From contig JBBDHU010000001.1 in NCBI GenBank assembly GCA_040880705.1, positions 417,408 through 481,407 of the forward strand: DNA of 64,000 bases. Direction: 5' to 3'. The stretch comes from Actinomycetota bacterium. Lineage in GTDB: Bacteria > Actinomycetota > UBA4738 > JBBDHU01. Every line of letters begins with the position of its first letter. Within the stretch, counting starts at the first letter, position 1. This document shows, one piece after another, positions 36,391-45,693 of this stretch. Under the pieces are notes generated by a model. That model ran no database searches. It saw only the letters and a program-made list of their open reading frames with translations, and was not told where the DNA came from. The translations under genes were made by a program, and so were the position numbers.

Positions 36391-36817
36391 CCCTGAGGCC
36401 CACGCCCCGGCCTCCGTAGTTATCGGTGTTGCGGAATTCGACGGTCCAGGTCCACTCGGATCCGTCGGGGGCGTTGCTCCAGGTGCGGAGGAGACCCACT
36501 TCTCCGCCGGGAAGGATCACGGGGGTCCCGATATCGGATTGCTCCGGCCAGATGTTCGCGCGCCGTACTTCCCCTCCGGCCAATTGCAGCCGGGCCATCG
36601 GCGTCGGTGTCTCATCGACGAGACCCGTGCTTCGAGCGAGGACCTCTCCGTTCGTGCGGCTGACCGTCACCTCTATCTCGCGTGGGAGGCTGTGGGCAAG
36701 AACCCGGTCGGAGGAGACCATCCGGGCTTTCGCGAATTCCAAGCCGGTGGCCCCTCCCGGAGTGCGGATCTCCCAGACATGAACCTCTTCGCCCATCCTG
36801 ATGGCGACGATACCCAC
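36365..36817 (-). CDS. Hypothetical protein
   Basis: Start set at a GTG preceded by a GGGAG RBS. The 5' extension in ORF-track entry 36365..36967 is discarded because it would overlap the divergent small gene. Confidence 0.4.
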   Translation of the reverse strand: MGIVAIRMGEEVHVWEIRTPGGATGLEFAKARMVSSDRVLAHSLPREIEVTVSRTNGEVLARSTGLVDETPTPMARLQLAGGEVRRANIWPEQSDIGTPVILPGGEVGLLRTWSNAPDGSEWTWTVEFRNTDNYGGRGVGLRVIPPESGT

Positions 36818-36921
36818 CTGGACTCCCGCACGCCAAGCGCGTGGCCCTGACGCACGGGTTCGTTTTGTGGAGCCGCGGGGTGGGTAGGGATACCCCAGCG
36901 TTTCCGATGGAGGGGGGACAT

Positions 36922-37128
36922 ATGGCTGCGACGGAAGCTGAGGTTCATTACCGCGGGACCGCGCCACTCGGTGTCGAAGTTCGGTGTTCCCGCACGTACG
37001 CGCCCCTCAGGATCTGCGATGAGGCGGGGTGCTCGACGGTCCTTTCCGTCTACAACGGGCGCGACCGCTGCTGGGTCCATGCCCCTGCGGTGTTCAGGGC
37101 GGCACGCGGCGGCCGCATGGCCGGCTAG
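36922..37128 (+). CDS. Small Cys-rich (4-Cys zinc-ribbon-like) protein, paralog of 46873..47094
   Basis: RICDEAGCSTVLSVYNGRDRCWVHAP has a C-x5-GC-x-T-x-S-x-YN-x4-C-W-x-HA pattern. GGAGGGGGG RBS upstream. Confidence 0.45.
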   Translation: MAATEAEVHYRGTAPLGVEVRCSRTYAPLRICDEAGCSTVLSVYNGRDRCWVHAPAVFRAARGGRMAG

Positions 37129-37282
37129 GGGGACCGAAACCTGTGGTGCTTCCGGATTGGACCGGCCAGTTTTTGGGTACAGCTTCATAGGAGGGTGATA
37201 GCTATGCCGCCGCGCAGCTGGACCAAAAGCGCGAACGCTAGTATGGCCACATCAAGCTCGGAGCGCTTCCTGACTGAGCGAT

Positions 37283-38239
37283 GTGAACGACACTAATCTC
37301 CTAACAGGGGTGAGACGGGGGGGCTTGGACCATCCGGCCCTCCTTTACTCGTCGATGGACGGGTTTCTCGACTACATGGTCCCCTACATCTCCGAGGGAT
37401 TGAACCGGAACGAGCCCGTGTTTGCCGCGTTAGGCCGCGAGGAAGTCGCCGCGCTGCGCGACGAGATGGGAGCTAACGACCGCCTTTTGTTGGAAGACAC
37501 GCGTGAGTGGGCACCGCACCCCGCCACTCGGCTCCGTGCGTTCTACGAACACATCTTGGATCAGCTGGGTCACGGGGCAGCCCGGATTAGGCTCGCCGGC
37601 GAGCCGGTGTGGCCGAGCGGTCCGCCCGAATTCGTCCTGGAGTGGAAGCGATACGAATCCGTTCTGAACGAAGCGCTCGAGCCATTCCCCGTGACGTTGC
37701 TGTGCACTTACCCGACCCATCGTTTGACGCGTTCGATCGCCGAAAGCGCGCGACGGACCCATCCGTTCGTAGCCGGTAACGGCAGTCGGGGTCCGAGCCC
37801 GGAATTCCGGCCTCCATCCGAACTTCTTCGGGACTGGAGTCCCGAACTCTCGCCGCCGCCTAGTAGAGCCTTCGAGTTGCCGATCGCGGTCGATCCGCAG
37901 GAAGGCCGGCGGCTTCTGAGGGAACGCGCCATACAGCTGGGCGCGCGACCCGATCGCGTGGAGGATATGTGTCTCGCCGGTGACGAGGTTCTGACGAACG
38001 CCTTGATCCACGGTGGAGGAGTTGCGCGTGCATTGATCTGGGCCGAGGGCGACCATTTGATCTGCCAGGTAGAGGACCTCGGGCCCGGAGTTCGGGATCC
38101 GCTCACCGGCTACCACCCCCCGGACTTGATCTCTGTGGGCGGTCGCGGGGTGTGGCTTGCCAGGCAGGTCGCCGACCTCCTCCAGATCGCCCCAGGCACG
38201 CAGGGCACCGTCGTCCGTCTTCACGTCCGGCTCGCGTGA
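37283..38239 (+). CDS. MEDS-domain protein fused to an anti-sigma-factor-like HATPase (sensor of partner-switching type)
   Basis: N-terminal HPALLYSSMDGFLDYMVPYISEGL is MEDS-like. C-terminal VLTNALIHGGG...VEDLGPGV is HATPase_c_2-like. Confidence 0.55.
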   Translation: MNDTNLLTGVRRGGLDHPALLYSSMDGFLDYMVPYISEGLNRNEPVFAALGREEVAALRDEMGANDRLLLEDTREWAPHPATRLRAFYEHILDQLGHGAARIRLAGEPVWPSGPPEFVLEWKRYESVLNEALEPFPVTLLCTYPTHRLTRSIAESARRTHPFVAGNGSRGPSPEFRPPSELLRDWSPELSPPPSRAFELPIAVDPQEGRRLLRERAIQLGARPDRVEDMCLAGDEVLTNALIHGGGVARALIWAEGDHLICQVEDLGPGVRDPLTGYHPPDLISVGGRGVWLARQVADLLQIAPGTQGTVVRLHVRLA

Positions 38240-38307
38240 GGGGACTCCTCAAGTAGCAGCCTCAGCCCGCCGAATTCATCTCTAAGTCCACAGCACGAGG
38301 TCATGCC

Positions 38308-38835
38308 ATGGAGGACAAGTTGGGGGTCCTCCGCCGGGGCGCAGTTCGCGGCCAGGCGGGGTTCACACTGGTAGAGTTGATGGTCGTCGTCCTGATCATC
38401 GGCATTCTCGTGGCCACGGCCCTTCCCGTCTATCTCGGGGCCCGCGAGCGAACGAGAGACCGGTCCGCCATGTCGGACCTGAGGGCGGCCGTGGCGGCGG
38501 CGAAGATTTTGTACACGGACGACCAGGACTACACAGGCGCCACCACGGCCCAGATGATGAACACGGAACCCTCCCTCTCCTTCGTTGCCGCAGGCACGGC
38601 TTCCTCCTCGGCGAATAACTACGCGGTCTCGTTCCGTGTCTGGAACTACGGAGAGGTCAACATGGCCAGGCTCTCCGAGGCGGGTAACTGCTACTACATC
38701 AGGACGATCGACCAGCAGGGGACCGCGGCTTCGGACATCCCGAGCACCTATATGGGCTTCAGCTCGGCGATGGCCTGTACAGGCAACGAGGTCGCCAGCT
38801 TCGGAACATTTCCCTTCAATTTCAGGGGCTGGTAG
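38308..38835 (+). CDS. Prepilin-type N-terminal cleavage/methylation domain protein (type IV pilin / pseudopilin-like)
   Basis: Class III signal GFTLVELMVVVLIIGIL. Confidence 0.75.
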   Translation: MEDKLGVLRRGAVRGQAGFTLVELMVVVLIIGILVATALPVYLGARERTRDRSAMSDLRAAVAAAKILYTDDQDYTGATTAQMMNTEPSLSFVAAGTASSSANNYAVSFRVWNYGEVNMARLSEAGNCYYIRTIDQQGTAASDIPSTYMGFSSAMACTGNEVASFGTFPFNFRGW

Positions 38836-38909
38836 GGGATCCGCCCCGAGCTTGACGAAACCTTGATCTGCCCGTAATCGGGCCGAGAAGTCACCTCCCG
38901 AACCCCAAG

Positions 38910-40175
38910 TTGAACCTTCGAAAGGGGAGTGACATGAACACGAACAACACAGGACGCACAGGAAAGGCCCGCTGGGCCTTCGCAGGAATCCTCGCCACGA
39001 TCGTAGGTACCGTGCTCGCGCTCGGACCGACGGCGACGGCAGGGGCCGGCGAGGTTCCGGCAACCAATGCGCAGCGCCGGATACTCGGGGACAGGCTTTC
39101 GCACTTCGGAGCGAAGGCCCCCGCCGCCAGGCTTCGCGCTGCGGCCCAGACCGGAGGCGCGGAGATCTTCCTCTACGGAATCGACGCCTTCGGGACCAAG
39201 GGAGCATTTGCGGTTGGCGACATCCTCGAAAATGGTGCCGAACGGCCATCCGCAAGGATGTACAACGGTCGCCGGTGGAACCCGGTTCCCGTCCAGGACC
39301 CCGGCGTCATGTCCGGGCTGACCGCGGTTAGCGCCATCTCGGCGAAGCGCGCCTACGCGGTCGGATTCCAGATGGGCTCCACAGTTCAGCCGCTGATCGA
39401 GCAGTTCAACGGGGCATCGTTCTCGACCATGCCGAGTCCGGATGTTCCGGGCGGCATGCTTCTCGGTGTCGACGCTATTTCCGCGACGGACGTGTACGCG
39501 GTCGGCCTTGGGCCAAGCGGCCAGCTGATCGAGCACTTCGACGGCAACGCGTGGAGTGTGGTTCCCGGACCGGCCCTGCCTCAAGGCATGCTGGTTTCGG
39601 TACAGGCCGTATCTCCGAGCAACGTCTGGGCGGTAGGCGCCTACCGCGATGGCGACGTCTTCAAGACGCTGATCCAGCACTTCGACGGAAACGCGTGGAC
39701 GGTCGTTGATTCTCCGGCGCCTGACGCGAAACGCTCCATGCTCTCATCGGTGTCGGTGGTTACTGCCAACGACATCTGGGCGGTCGGATACACGAACCCG
39801 ACCGGTGGGGCGTTCCAGGACAAGACGCTCATCATGCACTACGACGGTAAGACCTGGACGCAGGTTTCTAGCCCGAACCTGGGGCACGGGAAGAACGCGC
39901 TCTGGTCGGTCGACGCCGTGAGGGCCGGCAACGTGTGGGCCGTGGGAGAGACTGCCGGCGGCACACTGATACAGCACTACGACGGCAAGAGGTGGACCAT
40001 CGACAGCAGGACACGCAAGGGCACCGAGTCCGGCGAGACCCTCTACGGGGTTGCAGCCGCTTCCAAGAAGAGCGTGTTCGCGATTGGTGGTTGTGTCGAA
40101 GACAGCGGTACCAACAGCATGGAGTACTACGCAATGGTGAACCACTTCAACGGGAACACGTGGCTCAGCAACTAG
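38910..40175 (+). CDS. Secreted repeat protein of unknown function (VWAVG repeats), paralog of 13666..14790
   Basis: Signal peptide. About 7 repeats of the form ...HFDGN.W..V.......L..V.A.....VWAVG. Confidence 0.65.
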   Translation: MNLRKGSDMNTNNTGRTGKARWAFAGILATIVGTVLALGPTATAGAGEVPATNAQRRILGDRLSHFGAKAPAARLRAAAQTGGAEIFLYGIDAFGTKGAFAVGDILENGAERPSARMYNGRRWNPVPVQDPGVMSGLTAVSAISAKRAYAVGFQMGSTVQPLIEQFNGASFSTMPSPDVPGGMLLGVDAISATDVYAVGLGPSGQLIEHFDGNAWSVVPGPALPQGMLVSVQAVSPSNVWAVGAYRDGDVFKTLIQHFDGNAWTVVDSPAPDAKRSMLSSVSVVTANDIWAVGYTNPTGGAFQDKTLIMHYDGKTWTQVSSPNLGHGKNALWSVDAVRAGNVWAVGETAGGTLIQHYDGKRWTIDSRTRKGTESGETLYGVAAASKKSVFAIGGCVEDSGTNSMEYYAMVNHFNGNTWLSN

Positions 40176-40192
40176 GTTCCTGAAGAGTCCAA

Positions 40193-40220
40193 GGCCCGGG
40201 GGTAACCCCGGGCCTTTTGG
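40193..40220. terminator. Bidirectional intrinsic terminator
   Basis: GGCCCGGGG-GTAA-CCCCGGGCC hairpin followed by TTTTGG, between convergent genes. Confidence 0.6.
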
Positions 40221-40233
40221 ATTCAAGCGTCGT

Positions 40234-41685
40234 CTACCCGGTGTCGATACCGTGCCAGGGCGGCACCGCCACGCGTCGGTGGCCCGGTCGTCCACCAAGC
40301 CTGATCAACCGCAATTCGGAGTTGTCGGCCGTCGTCAATTCGAACAGGTTTCCCAGCGGATTCACTTCGACTTCGATGAAGTACCTCCCGTTGGGAACGT
40401 TCGTGATGTTGAAGGCCTGTCCCGCGACCGACTGGAAATAGGTGTCGCCCCAGCCCACGTCGAGGGTCTCGCGAATCCAGAGCGCGGACTCCCCGCCGCA
40501 GGCCGAGGAGAGGCCTACGATTCCGGGCTTCCAGTTGGCGTTCGGGATCGTGAGGTCGACCGCGTCGGTGGGAACCAGACAGAACGATTGCTTGGCGCTC
40601 TTGACTGCCAGGGTCTTGGTCTCGTTGAGCAACCGGTACTCGACGAACTGCGGGAAGTGCCAGTGCCGGTGACCGGTCCGCCGGTCGTAATCGAGCGAGC
40701 CGACGTTTGCGCGGGCGACCGGCTCGTCACCGTCGTAGAAGTACTGGAACGCGTCCATTTCGTCCTCTCCGGGTGTCCTGAATCCCTCGATGACCATCGG
40801 AGCCGGTCCCTCGTTCCACTCAGTTGCGGCGAAGGAAAGGAGATCGCGGCGCCCGCTCGAATAGGTGCTGATGCCCCAAGCCGGGTGCGAGATGAGGTTG
40901 GGCACCGTCGCCGGATCCGGGTCGGTGACGTCCGGGACTGCGGGCGCCGGCTGTTGTGGCTCGGGCGCCGGGGAACGAGGTGCGGTCGAAGTCTTGGACC
41001 GTGTTCTGACACGAAGATCCACTGAGACCCTCGCGTCGTCCTGGGGAATACCGAGCAAACCTAGGTACGGCTGAGCCACGGAAATATTCACCGTGTAACG
41101 GCCGTCGGGAAGGTCGAGGCGAAGGTAATCCCCGCCGAAGGGATCGACGGCCCAGCCTTGTTCGATCCCCCAGACCATGCCGCGCGTGAGCGGTGTCCCG
41201 GCGCAATACTCCGGATACGGATCCGTGTCGGGCCCGGTGTCGTCCACCCTTGCGCGATTCCACGAGTTTGGGCAGAACGGTCGGAACTCGTCGGACATGA
41301 GGCGTCCGTCGTTGCGGAGGACCCGAATCCTCATGAAGTCGTGGAGGGAATCCCAGCCATCCAGGAGGTCTGTTGGAAGCACGCGGAGGACGTCGTGCGT
41401 TTCGGCGTCGACCTGTTTCAGGCTTATCGGGGTGTCGTAGTCGGGCCGAGAGACGCGCAGTTCGAAGGGCCCGCCCGTGGAGGCGACATACAGGCCGAGA
41501 TCGAGGCCGATGGGTCTCGATCCGAACCGCAGGGCTTCGATGCTGTCGTTCGCCGTGATCAGGCGCACCGACGGGATCGGCGCGGAGTTCCCCGGCGCGG
41601 GGAGGGCCAATAGGGCGGTGCTTGCCAGCACGGCCACGAAAGGGACGGTGAGTCTCTTCAGCGAACGTTGACGGGGAAATTGCAT
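40234..41685 (-). CDS. Secreted protein, possibly a lysyl-oxidase-like copper enzyme
   Basis: Signal peptide. The His-rich HRHWHFPQF segment loosely resembles the lysyl oxidase copper site. Weak assignment. Confidence 0.4.
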   Translation of the reverse strand: MQFPRQRSLKRLTVPFVAVLASTALLALPAPGNSAPIPSVRLITANDSIEALRFGSRPIGLDLGLYVASTGGPFELRVSRPDYDTPISLKQVDAETHDVLRVLPTDLLDGWDSLHDFMRIRVLRNDGRLMSDEFRPFCPNSWNRARVDDTGPDTDPYPEYCAGTPLTRGMVWGIEQGWAVDPFGGDYLRLDLPDGRYTVNISVAQPYLGLLGIPQDDARVSVDLRVRTRSKTSTAPRSPAPEPQQPAPAVPDVTDPDPATVPNLISHPAWGISTYSSGRRDLLSFAATEWNEGPAPMVIEGFRTPGEDEMDAFQYFYDGDEPVARANVGSLDYDRRTGHRHWHFPQFVEYRLLNETKTLAVKSAKQSFCLVPTDAVDLTIPNANWKPGIVGLSSACGGESALWIRETLDVGWGDTYFQSVAGQAFNITNVPNGRYFIEVEVNPLGNLFELTTADNSELRLIRLGGRPGHRRVAVPPWHGIDTG

Positions 41686-41718
41686 GGTCGGGACATCCTA
41701 CTGCCCTGCCGTGTTGCG

Positions 41719-43131
41719 CTAGATACCCCCGACGCTGCAGATCAGATTCCCGGGCAGGTTCTCTCCGGGTGTGCAGGGGTCGCCCGGTCTGGCTCGCACC
41801 TTGACCCTGATGATTACGGTAGACGTGCTGCTTGCGAGACCCGCATGAGGTTTCTGCGACGCGACCCGGTTGAACCCCGACGAGGCATAATCTTCTTCAA
41901 TTGAATAACTGATGTCGTGAGCCTTGAGGATGCGCTTGGCGGCCGACACCTTCTTGCCGGTCACGTTCGGAATCCTGATCTTGCCGTTCGAGATCACGAC
42001 CTGGATCGCGCCGCCCGGTTCGAGCGAGGCTCCCGACGTAGGACTTTGGGAAAGGATGATGAATGCCGCCTCCTCGGAAAGACGCCGTTCGGAGACCTGC
42101 ACTTTGAGACCGGCGGAGTCAGCCAAGGTTTTCGCTTGGCCCAGGAACTGGCCTACGAGATCGGGGACTTCCTCCTCGGTGCCCACGGGCGGCGGGGCCG
42201 GCGAAGTAACGGCCTTGCTCGACCAGCCCGATGCGAATTCCGGATCGATCGTATCGGTCACTTGCGCCACGCCCGATCCGTCGGTATTCATGACGTAAAC
42301 GTCGAAGGTGCCCGTACGGGAGCTGGAGAACGCGATGCGCGTTCCGTCGGGAGACCAAACCGGCCCGCTGTCGTCGGCGGAGTGCGCGGTGATGTTGGTT
42401 ACACCGGACCCGTCGGCGTTCATCACGAAGACATCCGAATTGCCCCCGCGGTTGCTCGAGAACGCGATGCGCGTTCCGTCGGGAGACCAAACCGGCCCGT
42501 ACTCGCCTCCCGGGTCGGAAGAGAGCTGCTGCACATCCGACCCGTCGGCGTTCATGACGTAGATATCCGAGTTCTCGTTTTCGAACACGGTGTAGAGGAT
42601 CTTGCTGCCGTCGCTCGACCAGCTCCAGGGGTACTCCTGGCCCGGATCCTGGGTGAGCTTGGTTACACCGGACCCGTCGGCGTTCATGACGTACACGTCC
42701 CCGCCTCCCGACCGATCGCTGCTGAAGGCGATGCGGGCGGCATCCGGAGACCAGACCGGTGAATCCTCCGTGGTCGCGTCCTGCGTGAGGCGGCGGACGT
42801 TCGACCCGTCGGCATTCATCACGAATATGTCGAAGGTTGCCCCGCCGTCGGGGTTGCTGGAGTAGGCGATCAGCTCTCCGTCCGGGGAGGGGAAGGCCAA
42901 GGTGTCGTCCGATGACTCGTGGGTGAGCCGGAACTCCTGGGTTCCCTCTGGATCCACTGCGTAGACGTTGAAATTGTCCCCTAGGTCTTGGCGCTCGAAG
43001 AGGATCGACCCCGGACCGGACGGGGTTACCGGCTTGGGCTTGGCCGGCGTCGTGCTCCTGTTCTGGCAAGCCGAGGCGGTCAGTGCGATTGCCAGCAGAA
43101 GAACCAGCGTTACCATCCTGTCCCGTCTCAT
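41719..43131 (-). CDS. TolB-like WD40/PD40 beta-propeller lipoprotein with C-terminal PASTA-like domains
   Basis: Lipobox LTASAC. At least six PD40 repeats (D[IV][FY]VMNADGS..., ...PVWSPDG...). Confidence 0.7.
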   Translation of the reverse strand: MRRDRMVTLVLLLAIALTASACQNRSTTPAKPKPVTPSGPGSILFERQDLGDNFNVYAVDPEGTQEFRLTHESSDDTLAFPSPDGELIAYSSNPDGGATFDIFVMNADGSNVRRLTQDATTEDSPVWSPDAARIAFSSDRSGGGDVYVMNADGSGVTKLTQDPGQEYPWSWSSDGSKILYTVFENENSDIYVMNADGSDVQQLSSDPGGEYGPVWSPDGTRIAFSSNRGGNSDVFVMNADGSGVTNITAHSADDSGPVWSPDGTRIAFSSSRTGTFDVYVMNTDGSGVAQVTDTIDPEFASGWSSKAVTSPAPPPVGTEEEVPDLVGQFLGQAKTLADSAGLKVQVSERRLSEEAAFIILSQSPTSGASLEPGGAIQVVISNGKIRIPNVTGKKVSAAKRILKAHDISYSIEEDYASSGFNRVASQKPHAGLASSTSTVIIRVKVRARPGDPCTPGENLPGNLICSVGGI

Positions 43132-43320
43132 GGGCGGACGGTAACGAGCCCCAGGTATGAGTGCAAGCTCCCCTCGACCTTGCGGGTGTGCCCGCCGGGG
43201 AGTAAGTATCGCCTGGAAAAGGGGATTGCGTGAGCTCGAATGCCGATCCACCATTCATCCTAGCGGCCGCGATCCTGACGAGGGCTGAAGAGGACGCCGG
43301 AACAGATTGAGGCGCGGGAG

Positions 43321-43884
43321 CTAGCGGGTGTTTTTCTTGTACTCGATGAGACCCCCGACGAAAAGGATGGTTCCGAAGATCGCGGGGCCGTACGCAACGA
43401 AGTAGCGGCCCCCGGATGAGCTCGAGGACGCAGCGGAGTAGGTAATGATGGTGAGTAACACCCCGCCTATCGCCAGTGCCGCCCCGATCCACATGTTTCG
43501 CCGGGCGGTCTTCGCCTTCGCTTGGCGCATGATCTCTTCATGGCTCGACAGAGACTTGCGCTCCTCTTCCGACAGAGGCTGGGCGGCGTACAGGGACTGG
43601 GCCGCCTCTCGAAGTTCGCGATGCCGTCTCTTGCCGGCCGGCGTGAGGACATCCGCGAGATACGAAGTCTCGAGATTCGTTCCCTCGCCGTAAGTAACCT
43701 TGAGGCGCCCCTTCTCGTTGGCGACGCTTCGTACGTTCTTCAGCGAGGCCTTTAGCTTCTTACCGTCGAACTCGATCCGATCGGGAAAAAGGGTGACTGT
43801 TCCGCGATCCGTCGGCTGGTCCGTGAACTGATTCGCGGTGAGCCCGGTGAAGAGAAGAACTTTCTCGAACTTACGCTCTGACAT
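43321..43884 (-). CDS. Hypothetical membrane-anchored protein
   Basis: Start at the ATG at 43884 (MSERKFEKV...). Two C-terminal TM helices. The 5' extension in the ORF track is discarded. Confidence 0.45.
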   Translation of the reverse strand: MSERKFEKVLLFTGLTANQFTDQPTDRGTVTLFPDRIEFDGKKLKASLKNVRSVANEKGRLKVTYGEGTNLETSYLADVLTPAGKRRHRELREAAQSLYAAQPLSEEERKSLSSHEEIMRQAKAKTARRNMWIGAALAIGGVLLTIITYSAASSSSSGGRYFVAYGPAIFGTILFVGGLIEYKKNTR

Positions 43885-44443
43885 CTGGCACGGCTCCTTT
43901 CTGATCGGAAGTGCGCCGGAAAGTGAAGACGAGAGCAATAACGACTGCGACCACGAGCAGGACCAGCCCGGCCTTGGTAAAGATCGATCCGAACCATGCG
44001 GAGATCTGGTCGGAGCCCCGCAGATCCGCTCCTTCCTTCCCGCCCAGTCCCACGAGAAGGCCTCCCACGTAGGCGGTGAGGAATAGCGCAGCGCGGGACA
44101 AACCGCTGAAGAAGGGTGCGATCTGAATCGCGAAGCCCGCCCCCGCCAGTGGAAAGAGAACGGCGCCGATGATGACGCCGATAATCCGTTCCTCCGCGAA
44201 ACCTCCCATCGCGGCGCCGAGCATGAATCCACCGCCGAGAGCACACCCGAAGACTCCCCAAGCCTGGCCCACGGCGCGGCCTCTTGTGAGCGGTTTCTCG
44301 ACGATTTCGGGCAAGGCGCCCCCCTGGACCCCTCGGATCGGCTGGTGATACACCTGCAATCGGATTCGAGTCAAATCGGGCCCCAGCCTGGCCGCGTGAA
44401 CCGCGGACCACCCTCCGGCGCTTAAAGATTTCGCCCCGGGCAT
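43871..44443 (-). CDS. Hypothetical Gly-rich membrane protein
   Basis: Gly-zipper TM segments. The true start is uncertain. Confidence 0.4.
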   Translation of the reverse strand: MPGAKSLSAGGWSAVHAARLGPDLTRIRLQVYHQPIRGVQGGALPEIVEKPLTRGRAVGQAWGVFGCALGGGFMLGAAMGGFAEERIIGVIIGAVLFPLAGAGFAIQIAPFFSGLSRAALFLTAYVGGLLVGLGGKEGADLRGSDQISAWFGSIFTKAGLVLLVVAVVIALVFTFRRTSDQKGAVPDVRA

Positions 44444-44520
44444 GCCGATACCTAAACTGGAAAGGAGTCCTCGTCAATTCTCCCGGGTTTCGCAGACCGA
44501 CTACCGCCGTCGTACTCACG

Positions 44521-45693
44521 GTGGGCTTGATGTTGCTTACGGCTGCCCAAGCGGGAGCAGTGGAAAGCTATGGGGAGTTGGGGTCCGGACCCGCCCCCCG
44601 GCTGGTGTCGGACACCTCGCCGATCTCGCCCAGGTTCGCCGACGTCGGCCAGAAGTGGGACTGGGCCTCGAAGGCGATCAAGTACGTGGCGGAGACGCAC
44701 TCCTGGATGGACGACTTCGGGGACAACTTCGCGCCGAAGATGATCGAGAGTCGCAAGCTGTTCGCGCGCGCCGTCGTGGCCGCGTTCGCCCCGGACGAGG
44801 AGCCCGATCCCGGCATCTCCTTTCCCGACCTCGCGGGTGATTCCCCATATTTTGAAGATGCGAATGTAGCGGTGAAGCTCGGCTGGATGGCCACGACTCC
44901 GGACGGACGCTTCGAGCCCGAGGCGCCGATGACGCTAGTTACCACCTACCGCGCTCTCGTGAAGTCGCTTCCCCTGGACGCCGAGGAGGCCGCGCTCGCG
45001 GATCTGCACACGAGCGACGGGTACTACTTCGAGACCCCCGCTTCGTTCCCGACGACCGAACTCGGCATGCGCCTTTACCTTCGCTACAACCATCCGAACG
45101 AGGGCAAGGACGTCGAGCCGAAGCAGCCGCTGCCGCGGGCCGAAGTGGCATACGCGTTGTGGCGGACTGCAACGCTCGACTCCTGGGAAGTGGATGGCAT
45201 GGCCCCATTTCAGACGATCGAGCTTCCTCCTCTATCGACGAAGATGCGCAAGGTCGTCGAGTGGGGCACCGAGTACGTCGGGTACCCGTACATCTGGGGA
45301 GGGGAGTGGCACAAGAAGACGAAGGCGGGCTACTGCTGCGGAGGGCAACCGGGCGGCGGGTTCGACTGCTCGGGGCTGATGTGGTGGCTGATGAAGAGGC
45401 CGGCCGGCGGCTACAACAACGCCAGGATGCGCGACTACAACGGGTGGTCCCTTCCGCAGAGGACGTCAGCGACCATGGCCACCGGTAACCACGTGGGCTG
45501 GGGAGAAACTCGTCCTGGAGACCTTTTCTTCTACGACGGCGACGGCCACGGCGGGATCGACCACGTCGATCTGTACATCGGGAACGGCTGGGCGCTCGAC
45601 TCTTCGAGCGGCGCCGGGGGAGTCTCGATCCTGCGAGTCAGCTCGGGCTGGTATCGCGACCACTTCGTGCGGGCGCGCCACCTGGCCGGCTGA
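44521..45693 (+). CDS. NlpC/P60 family (C40) cell-wall peptidase
   Basis: Catalytic Cys context GGFDCSGLMWW and downstream His (GIDHVDLY). Confidence 0.75.
   Translation: MGLMLLTAAQAGAVESYGELGSGPAPRLVSDTSPISPRFADVGQKWDWASKAIKYVAETHSWMDDFGDNFAPKMIESRKLFARAVVAAFAPDEEPDPGISFPDLAGDSPYFEDANVAVKLGWMATTPDGRFEPEAPMTLVTTYRALVKSLPLDAEEAALADLHTSDGYYFETPASFPTTELGMRLYLRYNHPNEGKDVEPKQPLPRAEVAYALWRTATLDSWEVDGMAPFQTIELPPLSTKMRKVVEWGTEYVGYPYIWGGEWHKKTKAGYCCGGQPGGGFDCSGLMWWLMKRPAGGYNNARMRDYNGWSLPQRTSATMATGNHVGWGETRPGDLFFYDGDGHGGIDHVDLYIGNGWALDSSSGAGGVSILRVSSGWYRDHFVRARHLAG

Noticed and set aside
42290-42900. Roughly 30-bp imperfect repeats (…gacccgtcggcgttcatgacgta…) spaced about 60-130 bp apart, superficially CRISPR-like, plus small plus-strand ORFs 42308..42562 and 42602..42865
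   Set aside because: The repeats are the DNA image of PD40 protein repeats (FVMNADGS…VWSPDG) in the minus-strand TolB-like gene. Spacers and repeats are both coding and degenerate at wobble positions.
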